From: Mustelus asterias
Lineage: Eukaryota
Direction: 5' to 3'
DNA: 64,000 nt
Assembly: GCF_964213995.1 (NCBI RefSeq)
Contig: NC_135819.1
Location: forward strand, 8,618,001 to 8,682,000
Made by a program: the position numbers and the translations under genes
The notes under the pieces: generated by a model
The model's database searches: none
What the model was told of the DNA's origin: nothing
Seen by the model: the letters and a program-made list of their open reading frames with translations, nothing else
Shown: positions 12,738-26,499 of the stretch, one piece after another
Position numbering within the stretch: the stretch's first letter is position 1
Layout of the letters: every line of letters begins with the position of its first letter

Positions 12738-15519
12738 AAGAGGTGAGGCAAAGGAAATAAAAATTAGAGGTGAGGGAACAGGCCGAGAATATGAGTACCA
12801 AGAGAGTGAATGAACTAAAGGAAGGATTGGAGTGGGTAACAATGGAGGGATGGATTCAAATGGCTGCTACATTTATTTTACTAACACGCTGATAATTACC
12901 TGCCACTAAAGCTAGTATGTATCACATCCCCTAGTGAACTGATGAGAGGCATTGTTAGTGCTGTTTGTAATCCTCGATTGAAGAGCTCCTCCTCATGATT
13001 CATATTTCATGGTTCAGTATGGTGAATATTTTCAAGTCAAACACTTCTCTATCACCTACTATACAGTAACAGCTTCTTGTAAAGGAACACTCAGAGTAAT
13101 AAAGAATGTTCCTTTCACATTGTGTTGCATGGTGAGTGATTAAATGGGCCTAGACAAAAATATATAAATACAAGTCATCTGTGAAGTACTGATCCTAGCT
13201 GAACCTTTGAGAATGTCAAGTTGTGCTTGTCTTATTGAAATGTATAAGGCAAAGCTTTATTTGTCATTTCAAATATTATATATAATTTTTTCTCCCTTAG
13301 TTAGTGAGCGTGTTTCTTGGCATGGTATTTAAACAAAACAGCCAGCAAAGTTTCAGGTTTCATTTGTACATGTACTGAACCAATTAGTTTTGGGTGGGAT
13401 AATATTAAGAGCAATACAATTTGTCTTGGTATTCTCGGGATTCAAAAGAACAGAAGTCACTTAGATTGCTCCTAATCATTGTCCTTGGGTCCCTTCTGCT
13501 CTAAAATTTGGGCATCAGGTGTGGAAAGAATTGAAGTTGCCAAGATGTTCCTCCAAATGCAAGTAGTCTGCTGACACTGTCTAAACCTCCAAATAAAAGT
13601 GAACACGCAGGCTTGACATTTGGCACTTGACAAGAGCTTCCTTGGATCTTTACTCAGCATGAGTCAATGGGTGTACTCCACCTCTCTGCACTCAAAGTGC
13701 TCCTGCCAGTGGGGAACCCGGAGTGTTTCCTGCTGGTGTTAGCAGCACCTGTCAGATCAGATTCATCCACCTGATGGATGCAAATTTATGCATCGCAGAA
13801 ACCACGATGGCCAGCGCCAAATTTCTCAGCGATTGAGGCTCCATTTTTAAAGAGCGTCCTGATCTCAGCGTTTAGGGTCAGGCCCCTTTCCCCCCACAGC
13901 AAAAAAGGCAAATCCCCCCTCCCCCGATGACCAGGGGCACACTCCCAGCCCCTCAGTACAGAGGGGCACCCTTCACCCACCATTGAGAGAATGGGTCACC
14001 CCACCAACGCCATGTAGGCATGGGGGTGATCCAATCCCTTCTCCCACCCACCAGTCAAAGACTTTAATATAGGGTTCCCTCAGACCAACCCCCACCCCCT
14101 TAAGACTCCCCCTCCAGGACCCGTCCAGCCCCATTTCAGGTTAGAAAAGAGGAACTGAAAACACTTCGATGCTTTGACGTTGCCTGCAGTTGTCAACCAG
14201 AACAAGAATATTTATAAACATTGTGCCATTGTACAATGTGGGGAACTTCACATGCATCCAACCATGAAGAGAAAGATAAACAAACAAAGCTTCAGCATGC
14301 TGTGTAAAAACCATTTTAAGCTCTCAATCAAGCTGGTTAGGTGCATTGACCCGAACAGGCGCCGGATTGTGGTGACTAGGGAAATTTCACAGTGACTACA
14401 TTGCAGTGTTAATGTAATCCTTACTTGTGACTAGTAAATAAACTTTAAAAACTTTTTTTAAAGGTACTGGACCATGAAATTGAGTGAAAACAAAGGTTTT
14501 CAAAGGATTTCAAGGAATTTCAAAGTTTTTCAATGGCTTTGAGCTTTCTAGGGAGGCTCAGAGACTTGAAAAAATGCAGTGTTAAGTGAAAGGAGCTGAG
14601 TGAGCAGCTGCGGAGAAGGGAATACCGCCCCCCCCCACCCCCCCTCAGTGAAACTGACCTGTCAGTCAGAGAACTTCAAAGGGGTCTTTTCACACCTACA
14701 GCTTCTGAGAGCATGGGGAATTTCCTCTGCAGAATGGAGTGTTGCTGTGTCCAGGGCACATGGCGATTAATGACTAGGCCATTCAGATTTTTCACAGTAC
14801 ACAGACAAGAATGAAGATTTTGATCAGAGAGCAGTCTGAAATCACCATGCCAAGAGTGATCTTCAGGCTTGGCGGGGCTGGTGGTCTGCAGGTTGGGGCC
14901 CCCCACTGGACTGAGGCTCGTGTGACGAGTATTCCCACTGGCTGATGAGAGGCCCTCGAGGGACTGCCTATGATGCCAATTGCAAAGCCTGCTAATGTTG
15001 CACTGGTTACCCTGCTTGAAAGGCTCTGTGGTTTATTTTTGACATTCTATCTCAGGCCCCACTAACAGTTACAAGCACTAGGTATGGCCGTTGTTGCCTC
15101 AATCAAGAGAGTTTGTCAGCACAACTCTTCACACTGTATAAACTCTGAAATGCTTCCTACAATGATCACCATAATGTCTAATTGCATGCAAGCTAGGAGG
15201 ATTCTTCTTCCATCAAAACGGTATGCCATTCCTGGAGGGTAGATTGCACAAACATCCGGGTGGCTACACCCAGAAATCATACTGCAAATGTTCCCCAATG
15301 AGGACCTCTCACAGCCATGCTGATTGTCGACATGAGCACCACAAAGCTCAGTCCAAACTGCCACATGCTGCTGCAATGGCCAGGGGTTCCACGTTTTCCA
15401 TATCTGAGCGGGAGAGACTCCAGCACAAGCAGGCACGTTGTATGTCACTCAGAGAGGGAGAGAAATCAGGACAGACATCCTGAGGGCTGGGGAGGGAGTT
15501 AACATCTGACTTCCCGTCA

Positions 15520-16015
15520 GACTACAATCATGTACTGATTGCCCAGGTGCATTGAGTATGATAGCATGGGGCACTCGGATATCCCCAGGGTCTTTGAGGA
15601 CCATCCCAGGCTGCTGGGGTAGCTCATGGCGGACAAGAGCTACCAGCTGAGGTCATAGATGATGACGCCAGTGCGTAGGCCTGACACTGAGGTGGAGACC
15701 CGCTACAATAGGGCCCAGGCTGCTACCCGATCTGTCATTGAGAGGTGCATTCGCATGCTCAAGATGTGTTTCTGCTGCTCTGACAGTGCTCTTCAGTACG
15801 ACTTCCAGCAGGTCTGACACATCTTGGTGGTCGGTTGTGCCTTGCTCAGGAATGGGGCGACATTCTGGAGGAGGACCATGCAAGTTCTCCAAGGAGGAGG
15901 CAGACCAAGGGGGAGTGGAGGGAGAGCTAGAGGAGGACACGAGGATGGAGGATAGGTGGCAGCAAGGGTACAGCATGCTAGGAGGTTGAGGGAGGCCCTG
16001 ATTGCTGCCAGATGC
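15520..16015 (+). pseudogene. Harbinger transposase C-terminal remnant (third element, roughly 13660-16070)
   Basis: DNA similar to 1915-2260, retains an ADKSY-like (GDxGY) motif and VIERCIRMLKMCFCC. Confidence 0.75.
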
Positions 16016-16074
16016 TCCGATTAGGAAGCTTGGTTTCTGGCAGCTCCAGCCATCTCCTCCCCCCCGACCCCTGA

Positions 16075-17100
16075 GGAGAACGAAGAACAAAGAAAATTAC
16101 AGCACAGGAATTATGGCCCTCCAAGCTGCACCGACTATGCTGCCTGACTGAACTAAAACCCCCTACCCTTCCGGGGACCATATCCCTCTATTCCCATCCG
16201 ATTCATGTATTTGGCAAGATGCCCCTTAAAAGTCACTACCATATCCACTTCCACTACCTCCCCCGGCAACGAGTTCCAGGCACCCACCACTCTGTAAAAA
16301 ATCTGCCTCGTACATCTCGTTTAAACCTTGCCCCTCGCATCTTAAACCTATGCCCCCTAGTAATTGACTCTTCCACACTTGGAAAAAGCTTCTGACTATC
16401 CACTCTGTCCATGACTCTCATAATCTTGTAGACTTCTATCAGGTCGCCCCTCAACCTCCGTCGTGCCAGTGAGAACAAACCAAGTTTCTCCAACCTCTCC
16501 TCATAGCTAATGCCCTCCATACCAGGCATCATCTTGGTTAATCTTTTCTGTACCCTCTCCAAAGCCTCCACATCCTTCTGGTACTGTGGCGGCCAGAATT
16601 GAACACTATATTCCAAGTGCGGCCTAACTAAGGGTCTATAAAGCTACAATATGACTTGCCAATTTTTAGACTCAATGCCCCGGCCGATGAAGGCAAGCAT
16701 GCCGTATGCCTTCTTGACTACCTTCTCCACCTGCATTGTTACTTTCAGTGACCTGTGTACCTGTACACTCAGATCCCTCTGCCTATCAATACTCTTAAGG
16801 GTTCCGCCATTTACTGTATATTTCCTATCTGTATTAGACCTTCCAATACGCATTACCTCACATTTGTCCGGATTAAACTCCATCTACCATCTCTCTGCCC
16901 AAGTCTCCAACCGATCTATATCCTGCTGTATCCTCTGATGGTCCTCAGCGCTATCCGCAAATCCACCAACCTTTGTGTCGTCCACAAACTTACGAATCAA
17001 TCCAGTTACATTTCCCTCCAAATCATTTATATATATGTTACAATCAGCAAAGGTCCCAGCACTGATCCCTGAGGAACGCCACTTGTCACAGCCCTCCATT
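16075..17100 (-). mobile_element. CR1 LINE 3' fragment
   Basis: YINDL..KFVDDTK, MEFNPDKCEV, EYSVQFWPPQYQKD and a short-repeat tail. Confidence 0.9.
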
Positions 17101-18669
17101 CAGGGCTGCAATCCTGCACCCTCATTGCCACGTTTCTCTGTTTGTTGCTGGCTGCTGTCTTGATTCATAATTACCGGAGTGATGAAATCTTCATCTGCCA
17201 ATGTCTTGCTTCCTTGACATGTATCAAATGTGACGACGAGAACCTGTCAACCTAAGTGAAAGCAGGCCTTTAATACTATTGGGGAATTTTTAAAAACTGT
17301 TGAATTAAATATATTAGAATTCATGTCAATGCAAACTTACAAGTTAATTATTAGTTATTATGTGGATAAGGGACTCTTTTATTGATATAATCAGCATATT
17401 GACAATGAGTTCAACACAAGTAGATAGGACTGCATCTCTTTTGGCTTGGCATTAATTTTTATCTCATTCCACTCCTGTGAACTGCTTGTGTAAATGTAGC
17501 CGGTTGTTGGTTTCATTGCAACATCAGTTACAAGTGAATCAAATCAAAATCCTGGTGCATTATCGTGGTATGAAACACCAGTGATTATTGTTTAAGTGTA
17601 AATAACTAAAACAAACAATTTAAAACAAAGCTGGTTGCAGAACTAAAGTTCGAATGTTTTCTCTTTGAAACTAAATATTGGAAAATACTCTTAAGGCTTT
17701 AGTAAAGGTGTTTTGAAACTCAAGCTACACCCAGTTAACTGACTACAGCCTTAGAAACTATCTCCATCCATTCAACGAATGCAACATGATGTCTGACCAT
17801 GGGACAGCAGTTAATATTCAAGGCTGTCAACTTAGCAGCGTGCTGATAGAACATTCGTTTGTACTAGTCATATCCTTCAGTCCTTCCACATGTAGACACA
17901 TTAAAAGCAAAAAAGCATTAGGAATCTACTCAGACTACTTGACTGTTCTGGACTCCCAAGGCTGGAATCTTCTGCCCGTGCAGGAGATGAGGAAGGAGGT
18001 GAGCGGACCTGAACACTTCGAGGGTTGGTATCAGGACTGATATCCAGTGCCTTCCCATCTCCACCAAAAGTAGTTCTGGGCGGTGGAGCCTATGATCGAC
18101 TTTCCTACCAAGCTTCCGCTTGACTCCTTTTAAGTGACTCCCTTGACTCACTTAAGGGCCTCTTCCGATCCCTGCTGCAATCTTCCCAGCTTTAGGTGGC
18201 CTACACGACTAGTTGTGGGCTGCATGTCAGATGGGGGGAGAACAAACCAAGTTTCTCCAACCTCTCCTCAAAGCTAATGCCCTCCATACCAGGCATCATC
18301 TTGGTTAATCTTTTCTGTACCCTCTCCAAAGCCTTCACATCCTTCTGGACTAATGATCGGGGGCATGGGCAATACGTAGGAGAGTGGCTACTGATAGCCA
18401 CCCCCCTCATGCCCTTGATGTTGACCCCGATGGCCCCCCTCATCAACAGCACTCACCTTTTTCTTGGTTGCTCCATGATCCTGGAATCTGAGAGCAATCT
18501 TCAAGAGACTGTGTCATGCAATAAGCAGGGCATGCACAGCAAGGACAATTTTGAGGGAGTATTGCTGAAAACAGAGGAATTTATGGTTATGAGGTAAGTT
18601 TATAGGGTAGATGCAGAAAGGATTGTAGAGCAAGTAAAGATGGCCACCATATATTATCTGCAAATAGTG

Positions 18670-19000
18670 TGATCGCCACACTATTGGAAGGACATGATTG
18701 CATTGGAGAAGATGCAGAGGAAATTCACCAAGATGTTGCCTCGGATGGAAAGTTTCAACTATGAGATGAGACTGGATAGACTGGGTTTGTTTTTCCTGGA
18801 GCAGAGGAGGCTGAGCGGGGATCTGATAGCGGTATACAAAGTAATGAGAGGCATAGATAGGGTAAATTGTAAGAAACTTTTCCCCATGGCAGAGATGTCT
18901 AAGGCCAAAGAGGACAAGTTTAAGGTGAGGATTAAGTGGTTTAGAGGGGAGCTGAACAAAAAAAATGCTTACCCAGAGGGTGGTGGAAAAGTGGAACGCA
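18670..19000 (+). mobile_element. CR1 LINE fragment
   Basis: ALEKMQRKFTKMLP...RLGLFFLEQRRLSGDLI. Confidence 0.8.
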
Positions 19001-19055
19001 CTACCCTATTTCCATCATCCCTTGCATTTACCATGGCTAATCTTTGGACACCTAA

Positions 19056-21323
19056 GGGCCCGATTTTAACATTTTCATTCTAAGTGCTGAATCTGGGCGC
19101 AATTCAGATCCGACTTGGAAATCTGCTTTCAGGTGGCCCTGCACTTAGCCTGAAAAAAAAATCGCGAGGCTGAATCGCACTGTGGGCGGGGCTTATCGCG
19201 GCTGAAACGATCGGAGCTCTGAACTGCGCATACGCAGTGAGAAAATAAAATTGAAAATCGCGCCGCAGTCACAAAAAGCGGGGCCGCAAAAAGCGGATAA
19301 AGCGGTCCGGGAGCGATGGCCCCCATAAGCATCACCCCCGCACCTACAACATTACTATCCCCCTTATCCACTCACCGCCCCCCCCCCCCGCTACCCAGAC
19401 CGATCGCGGCCCCCTCCCCACTTTTCCCCACCGATCGCCCACAGAGTGGCAGCGGACCCCCCCTCAGAGATACATCTGACCTGCCTCCTCCTCCCTCCCC
19501 CCCCCCCACTAGAGAATGATCAGGCCCGCCTTCCCCCCCCACTCCCCTCATCAGATGACAATCTGGCCCACCTCTGCCCTCTTCCCCCCCCGATCTGTCT
19601 CCCTTCACCCCCCCCCACCAGAGAGCGAACTGTCGTCCCCCCCCCCCATCCCCCCACCACCACCAGAGATACATCTGACCTGCCTCCTCACCCTCCCCAC
19701 CAGAGAATGATCAGGCGTCCCTTCTCCCCCCACCCCCCCACCCCACCAGAAAATGATCAGGCGTCCCTTCTCCCCCCACCCCCCACCCCACCAGAGAATG
19801 ATCAGGCTTGCCTCCCCCCCCCCCCCCCCCCCCTCCCCCTCAACACCAATCTGAATCAGAGAGCCGTTGGAAGCTCTGAACTTACCTCTTCAGCAGCTGG
19901 AGCGCTTGAAACAGATCTTGCCGAGCAGTTCTGTTTCGCGCCCAATCCGGACGTCCGAATGTGATGGTAAAGGGGGAAATAGAGTCATAGAGGTTTACAG
20001 CATGGAAACAGGCCCTTCGGCCCAACTTGTTCATGCCGCCCTTTTTTTTAAAAAACCCCTAAGCTAATCCCAATTGCCCGCATTTGGCCCATATCCCTCT
20101 ATACCCATCGTATTCATGTAACTATCTAAATGCTTTTTAAAAGACAAAATTGTACCCGCCTCTACTACTACCTCTGGCAGCTTGTTCCGGACACTCACTC
20201 TGTGTGAAACAATTGCCCCTCTGGACACTTTTGTATCTCTCCCCTCTCACCTTAAACCTATGCCCTCTAGTTTTAGACTCCCCTACCTTTGGGAAAAGAT
20301 ATTGACTATCGACCTTGTCTGTGCCCCTCATTATTTTATAGACCTCTATAAGATCACCCCTCAGCCTCCTACGCTCCAGAGAAAAAAGTCCCAGTCTATC
20401 CAGTCTCTCCTTATAACTCAATCCATCAAGTCCCGGTAGCATCCTAATAAATCTTTTCTGCACTCTTTCTAGTTTAATAATATCCTTTCTATAATAGGGT
20501 AACCAGAATTGCACATAGTATTCCAAGTGTGGCCTTACCAATGTCTTGTAAAACTTCAACAAGGCATTCCAACTCCTGTATTCAATGTTCTGACCGATGA
20601 AACCGAGCATGCCGAATGCCTTCTTCACCACTCTGTCCACCTGTGACTCCACTTTCAAGGAGCTATGAACATGTACCCCTAGATCTCTTTGTTCTGTAAC
20701 TCTCCCCAACGCTCTACCATTAACTGAGTAAGTCCTGCCCTGGTTGAATCTACCAAAATGCATCACCTCGCATTTGTCTAAATTAAACTCCATCTGCCAT
20801 TCATCAGCCCACTGGCCCAATTGATCAAGATCCCGTTGCAATTGGAGATAACTTTCTTCACTGTCCACTATGCCACCAATCTTAGTGTCATCTGCAAACT
20901 TACTAACCATGCCTCCTATATTCTCATCCAAATCATTAATATAAATGACAAATAACAGTGGACCCAGCGCTGATCCCTGAGGCACATCGCTGGTCACAGG
21001 CCTCCAGTTTGAAAAACACCTCTCTACAACCACCCTCTGGCTTCTGTCAAGAAGCCAATTTTGTATCCCTTTAGATACCTCACCCTGGATCCCGTGAGAT
21101 TTAACTGATGCTGATTAAGTTGGGCGGGCAGTTCATTAATTCAATTTAAATGCATGCAAATGCATTTAAATCGCTGTTGTGTCCATTTCGGGCGCGAATT
21201 GGATCGCGGCCATTTTCGGGCCTTGGTAAAGTGGGCATCTGCGCTGATGCGGGCGCAGATCGCGTTAATGGCCTCATGCCGACTACCATGTTTCGGGCGC
21301 GACGCAATGGCAAAATCGGGCCC
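19056..21323. mobile_element. Harbinger-type MITE copy A, interrupted by a CR1
   Basis: TIR GGGCCCGATTTT / AAAATCGGGCCC with 3-bp TSD TAA (19053-55 and 21324-26). It splits a minus-strand V-SINE. Confidence 0.85.
19981..21105 (-). mobile_element. Young CR1 LINE 3' part (RT C-terminal half)
   Basis: 298-aa ORF 20137-21033 with VPQGSALGPLLF, KFADDTK, LVRPHLEY. Confidence 0.93.
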
Positions 21324-21494
21324 TAAGTTGCAATTTAGCATGGTCAATCCATCTCATCTGCACATCTTTGGACTGTGGGAAGAAACTGGAGCACCTGGAG
21401 GAAATCCACACAGCCACCCAAGGCCAGAATCAAAACCAGGTCCCTGGCACTGTGAGGCAGCAGTGCTAACCACTGTGCCACCGTGCAGCCTCAA

Positions 21495-22190
21495 CCAATG
21501 GTGCTGTCAAAAAAGGCTTGGCAAGTTGCTGCTATGCATCTTACATATGGTACACAATGCTGCAACTGTGCATCGGTGATGAAGGGATTGAATGTTTAAA
21601 ATGGTGGATGGGATACAGATCAAGCAGGCTGTTTTGTTCTGGAAAGTGTTAACCTTCTTGCGTATTGGAGCTGCAAGCAGAGAGTATTCCATCACAGCCC
21701 TGACTTGTGCCTTGTAGATAGCTCTGGGGAGTCAAGAGGTGAGTTACTTGCCACAGAATTCCCAGCTTCGGACCTGCTCTTGTAGCCACAGTATTTATAT
21801 GGCTGACCCAGTTAAATTTCTGATCACTGGTAACCCACAGGCGGTTGATGGAAGGGGATTCGGTGATGGTAATGATGGTCAAGAGAAGATGGTTAGATTC
21901 TCTCTTGTTAGTGTTGGTCATTTCCTGGCACTTGTGTGGCTATAATGTTACTTGCCACTTATCAGGCCAAGCTTGAATGTTGTTTAAGTCTTGTTGCATT
22001 TGGTCTCAGACTGTTTGTATGTCTAAGAAGTTGTGAATAGTGCTGAACACTACTATCATCGGTGAACAACTCCACTTCTGACCTTAGGATGGAGGGAAGG
22101 TCATCGATAAAGCCTAGGACACAACCCTGAGGAACTTTTGTAATGATGTGTTGAGGCTGAGGTGAATGGCCTCCCAACAACCACAACCGC
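21495..22190 (-). mobile_element. CR1/L2-group LINE RT fragment (same family as 22993-27426)
   Basis: VPQGCVLG.FIDDLPSILRSEVELFTDD. Confidence 0.8.
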
Positions 22191-22194
22191 TTTC

Positions 22195-22508
22195 TAAAGT
22201 TTAAAAGGTTTATTTATTAGTGTCACAAGTAGGCTTACATTATTAACACTGCAATGAAGTTACTGTGAAAATCCCCTAGTTGCCACACTCCGGCGCCTGT
22301 TTGGATACATTGAGGGAGAATTTAGCATGGCCAATGCACCTAACTTCTTTCGGACTGTGGGCGGAAACTGGAGCACCTGGAGGAAACCCATGCAGACTTG
22401 GAGAAAATGTGCAGACTCCACAAAGACAATGACCCAAGCTGGGAATCGAACCTGGATCCCTAGCGATGTGACGCAACAGTGCTAACCACTGTGCCACCAT
22501 GCTGCCCC
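22195..22508 (-). mobile_element. V-SINE variant with a non-CR1 tail
   Basis: Same head and V-domain, but the tail reads ...GTAAGCCTACTTGTGACACTAATAAATAAAC on the minus strand. Confidence 0.8.
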
Positions 22509-23362
22509 AACGTTGTGCTAGTACGACTCCAATCTATGGGGAGTTTTCCCCCACTTCCCATTGACTTTAATACCATGGTGCATGTTTAAGTACGCATGAC
22601 TCAGTCGATAACTTACGATACATGGTGATAATTTATTAGCACTGTATTTTTTTGTTTGCAACAATGATCTTTGCGAGACTTCCAACGAGTAACAATCTGT
22701 GGATACATTTCTGCTATATATTCATCTGAGCTAAGAATTGAATAGAAACTTCACATTTCACTTAGGATCCCTGACAGAGAAGAAGCTTTCATCCCATCAG
22801 CCAAGGCTAAATTTGAACCCAAATTCCATGGGGAAGATAACACTGTCATAATCTGCTTCCACTTATAAAAGCATTGTGCTTTTATAAAATCAGCATTCTG
22901 CCCATGAGTTTTAAATATATGCCGATATATAGCTCATATGGCTTAAATAGTGAAATGTATGGATATATGTGAGAATTGTATGTATGTGTATAGGGGGAGG
23001 TAATGGTGTACTGGCATTGTCACTGGATCAGTGATCAGTGACCCAAGTATTGCTCTGGGGATCCAGGATTGAATCCACTATGAATTTGAATTCAGTAAGA
23101 AGAAAATCTGGAATTAAAAGTCCAACGATGATGATGAAACCATTATCGATTGTTATTAAAAACCCATCTGGTTCACTAATGTCCTTTCGGAAGGAAATCT
23201 GCCATCCTTACCTGGAATGGCTTACATATGACTCTGTGACTCATTCCTTCAAAGGAATGAAACTGGATGGACCACTTATCATCAACCTAGGAACCAGAAC
23301 TGGAAACGACAATGGCAAGCTCAGCTTTGTCGACCCTACAAAGTCCTCCTTACTAACATATA

Positions 23363-24278
23363 GGGCCTGATTTTACCATCAAGTTGCGCCCGTTTCTGGG
23401 TGCGAAAACTTGGTAAAGTCGGGCATGAGGCAAGTAGCGCGATTCGCGACCACCTCTGCCCCCGTTCCCCCTTTACCAAACGCCTAAAATGGCCACGATA
23501 GGGACCGCACTCAAAACGCGCATGACGGCAATTTAAATGCTTTTGCATGCATTTAAATTGACTTAATGGGCTGGACGCCCAAACTTACTGGCACTTCCCC
23601 CTTTACCACCGCGTTCGCCCATCCAGATTCGGTGCGAAACAGACATGGTCTGCAAAGGTCCGATTTGGGTCAGATCAGTGATGGGGGAGGGGAAGGCAGG
23701 TCAGATCACTCTCTGGTGAGGGGGAGGAGGGAGGCTGGTCAGATGGCTCTCGTGGGGGGGGGAGGAGGGAGGCGGGTCAGATGGCTCTCTGGTGGGGTGG
23801 AGGGAGGTGGGTCAGATGGCTCTCTGGTGGGGGGGAGGAGGGACGCAGGTCAGATGGCTCTTTGGTGGGGGGGGGAGCAGGGGGTGTCCGCTGCCACTCT
23901 GCGTGCGATCGGTGGGGGGATGGGGGGCAGGGGGCCGCAATCGGTCTGGGTGGTGAGCGTGTGGGAGGGATAAGGGGATCATTAATGTTGTGAGGGTGGT
24001 GCAATGTCTGTGGGGGCCGGGGGAGGGTGGGGGGAGGCATTATCCGACCCGGGAGCGATTTTCTATTTTTTTTTATTACGCATGCACAGTTGGAGGCACT
24101 GATCGGAGCTGCAGTGTTTCGGGCGCGATAAGCCCCACCCACAGGCTTCTGCAGCGCGATTCAAAATCACTACTTTTTTTCAGACTGCATATGGAGGTGC
24201 CTGAGAATGGGTCTAAAAGTCGGATCTGAAACACTCCCAGATTCAGCACTTAGAATCAAAATGGTAAAATCGGGGCCC
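23363..24278. mobile_element. Harbinger-type MITE copy B, inverted relative to A
   Basis: TIR GGGCCTGATTTTACCAT / ATGGTAAAATCGGGGCCC and an internal G-rich minisatellite. Confidence 0.85.
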
Positions 24279-25765
24279 TAATCATAGAATCCCTACAGTG
24301 CAGAAGAAGACCATTTGGCCCATCATGTCTGCATCAACTCTCCAACAAAGCACCTTATCCAGTCCCAAAATCTGTACTCCTCCATGTTGAACATCACTTG
24401 CAGGAAGCACTGAGGGTGGAAAGGGTGCAGAATGTACTCTGAGTGGGGGACTTCAATGTCCATTACCAAGATTGGCTCGGTAGCACTACTACTGACTGAG
24501 TTGATCATGTCCTAAAGGACATAGCTGCTAATTTGGGACAGTGCCAGGTGGTGAGGGAACCAACAAGAGGGAAAAACATATTTGACTTCATCCTCAGCAA
24601 CCTGCCTGCACAGATGCATCTGTCCATGACAGTATCAGTAGGAGTGACCACTGCACAGCCCTTGTGAATATAAAGTCCCGTGTTGAGGATGCCTTCCATC
24701 TTGTTGTATGGCACTACCACTGTGCTAAATGGGATATATTTCAAACAGATCTCACAACTCAAGCCTGGGCAGCCATTAGGCACAGTGGGCCACCAGCAGC
24801 AGCAGATAGTACTCAATCACAATCTGTAACCTTGTGGCCCTACCTACCATTACCACCAAGGCAGGGGATCAACCATGGTTCATTGAAGAGTGCAGGAGGG
24901 CACACCAGGAGCAGCACCAGGAGCAGCACCAGGCACACCTAAAAATGAAGTGTAAACCTGGTGAAACTACACCATAGGACTACTTGCATGCCAAATAGTA
25001 TAAGCAGCAAGTGATAGACAGAGCTAAGCAATTCCACAACCAAGGGATCAGACCTAAACTCTGCAGTCCTGCCACATTCGGCCATGCATAGTGGTGGACA
25101 ATTTAAAAACTTATTGTTGGAGGAGATTCCACAAATATCCCCATCTTCAATGATGGGGGTGCCCAGCACATCAGTGCAAAACTTGCAACATTATGGGTAT
25201 GGGCCATGGGCCCTGACAATATTGCGACAAGAGTACTGAAGACCTGTGCTATACTTGCCGTGTCCCTAGCTTAGCTGTTCAGTACAGCTGTAACACTGGC
25301 ATCTACCCAGCAATATGGAAAATTGCCCAGGTATGTGCTTTATGTAAAAAGCAGGACAAATCCAACCCAGTCAATCAGTTTACTCTCATTCATCAGTAAA
25401 GTAATAGAAGGGGCCATTGACAGTGCTATCAAGCGGCACTTGCTCAGCAATAACCTGCTCATTTATGCTCAATTTGTGTTCCGCCAGTGCCACTCAGTTT
25501 CTGACCTCATCACAGCCTTGGTTCAAACATGGACAAAAGAGCTTTACTCTAGAGGTGAGGTGAGAGTGACTGCCCTTAACGTCAAGGCTACATTTGACCA
25601 AGTATGGCAGCAAGGCACCCTAGCAAAACTGGAGTCACTGGGAATCAGGGGAAATCTTTTTGCTGGTTGGAGTCATGCCCAGCACAAAGGAAGATGGTTG
25701 TAGTTGTTGGAGGTCAATCATCTCAGCTCCACGACATCACTGCAGGAGTTTTTCCAGGTAGTGTC

Positions 25766-26061
25766 TGTGGTGAACCATCGTTGGTTCACCACTGGGGGTT
25801 GTTATTATGTTACTGTTGGGCTAGGGTGTTGTTACTGTGGGGGTTGTACAATGTTGTTGGGTTAGGGTGTTTACCTGTTATAAGTGTTATCATGGCACAT
25901 TCCAGTGGGGTCCCGCCTCCGGTGGCGAGGTATAAGACCCTCTGCTCCGGCAGGACCCCTTCAGTCTGAACTGGTGTATTCGTGTTAGTAGTTCCATTGT
26001 TACACAATAAAAGCCTTCAATATCGAAGCCTTGGTTCCACGTGCTTAATTGTCGCGCATCA
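25766..26061 (+). mobile_element. Solo LTR (296 bp)
   Basis: TG...CA termini, perfect 5-bp TSD GTGTC (25761-65 and 26062-66), TATAA at 25931, AATAAA at 26006. Confidence 0.85.
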
Positions 26062-26499
26062 GTGTCCTTGGCCTAACCAGCTACAGCTGCTTCATCAATG
26101 ATCTGCCCTCCATTTTAAGGTCAGAAGTCAGGATGTTTGCACAATGTTCAGCACCATTCACGATTCCTCAGATACTGAAGCAGTCCGTGTCCAAAAGCAG
26201 CAAGACCTGCACAATATCCAGGCCTGGTCTGACAAGTGGCAAGTAACATTCATGCCATACATATAGCAGGCAGTAACTATTTCCAACAAGAGGGAATCTA
26301 ACATTGCAGCTTGACAGTCAATGGCATTATCATTGCTGAATCCCTCACTATCAACATCCTGGGGGTTACCTTTGACCAGAAACTGAACTGGACCAGCCAT
26401 ATAACTACTGTGACTTCGAGAGCAGGTCAGAGCCTAGGAACCCATCTCGTGACTCCCCAAAGCCTGTCCAACATCTAAAGGCACAAATCAGGAGTGTAA

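Noticed and set aside
19446-19964. Proline-rich ORFs and a CRISPR-like periodic array (also 4759-5073, 23566-24142, 63433-63846)
   Set aside because: Translations of C-rich MITE minisatellites. There are no unique spacers or cas genes, and the context is eukaryotic.
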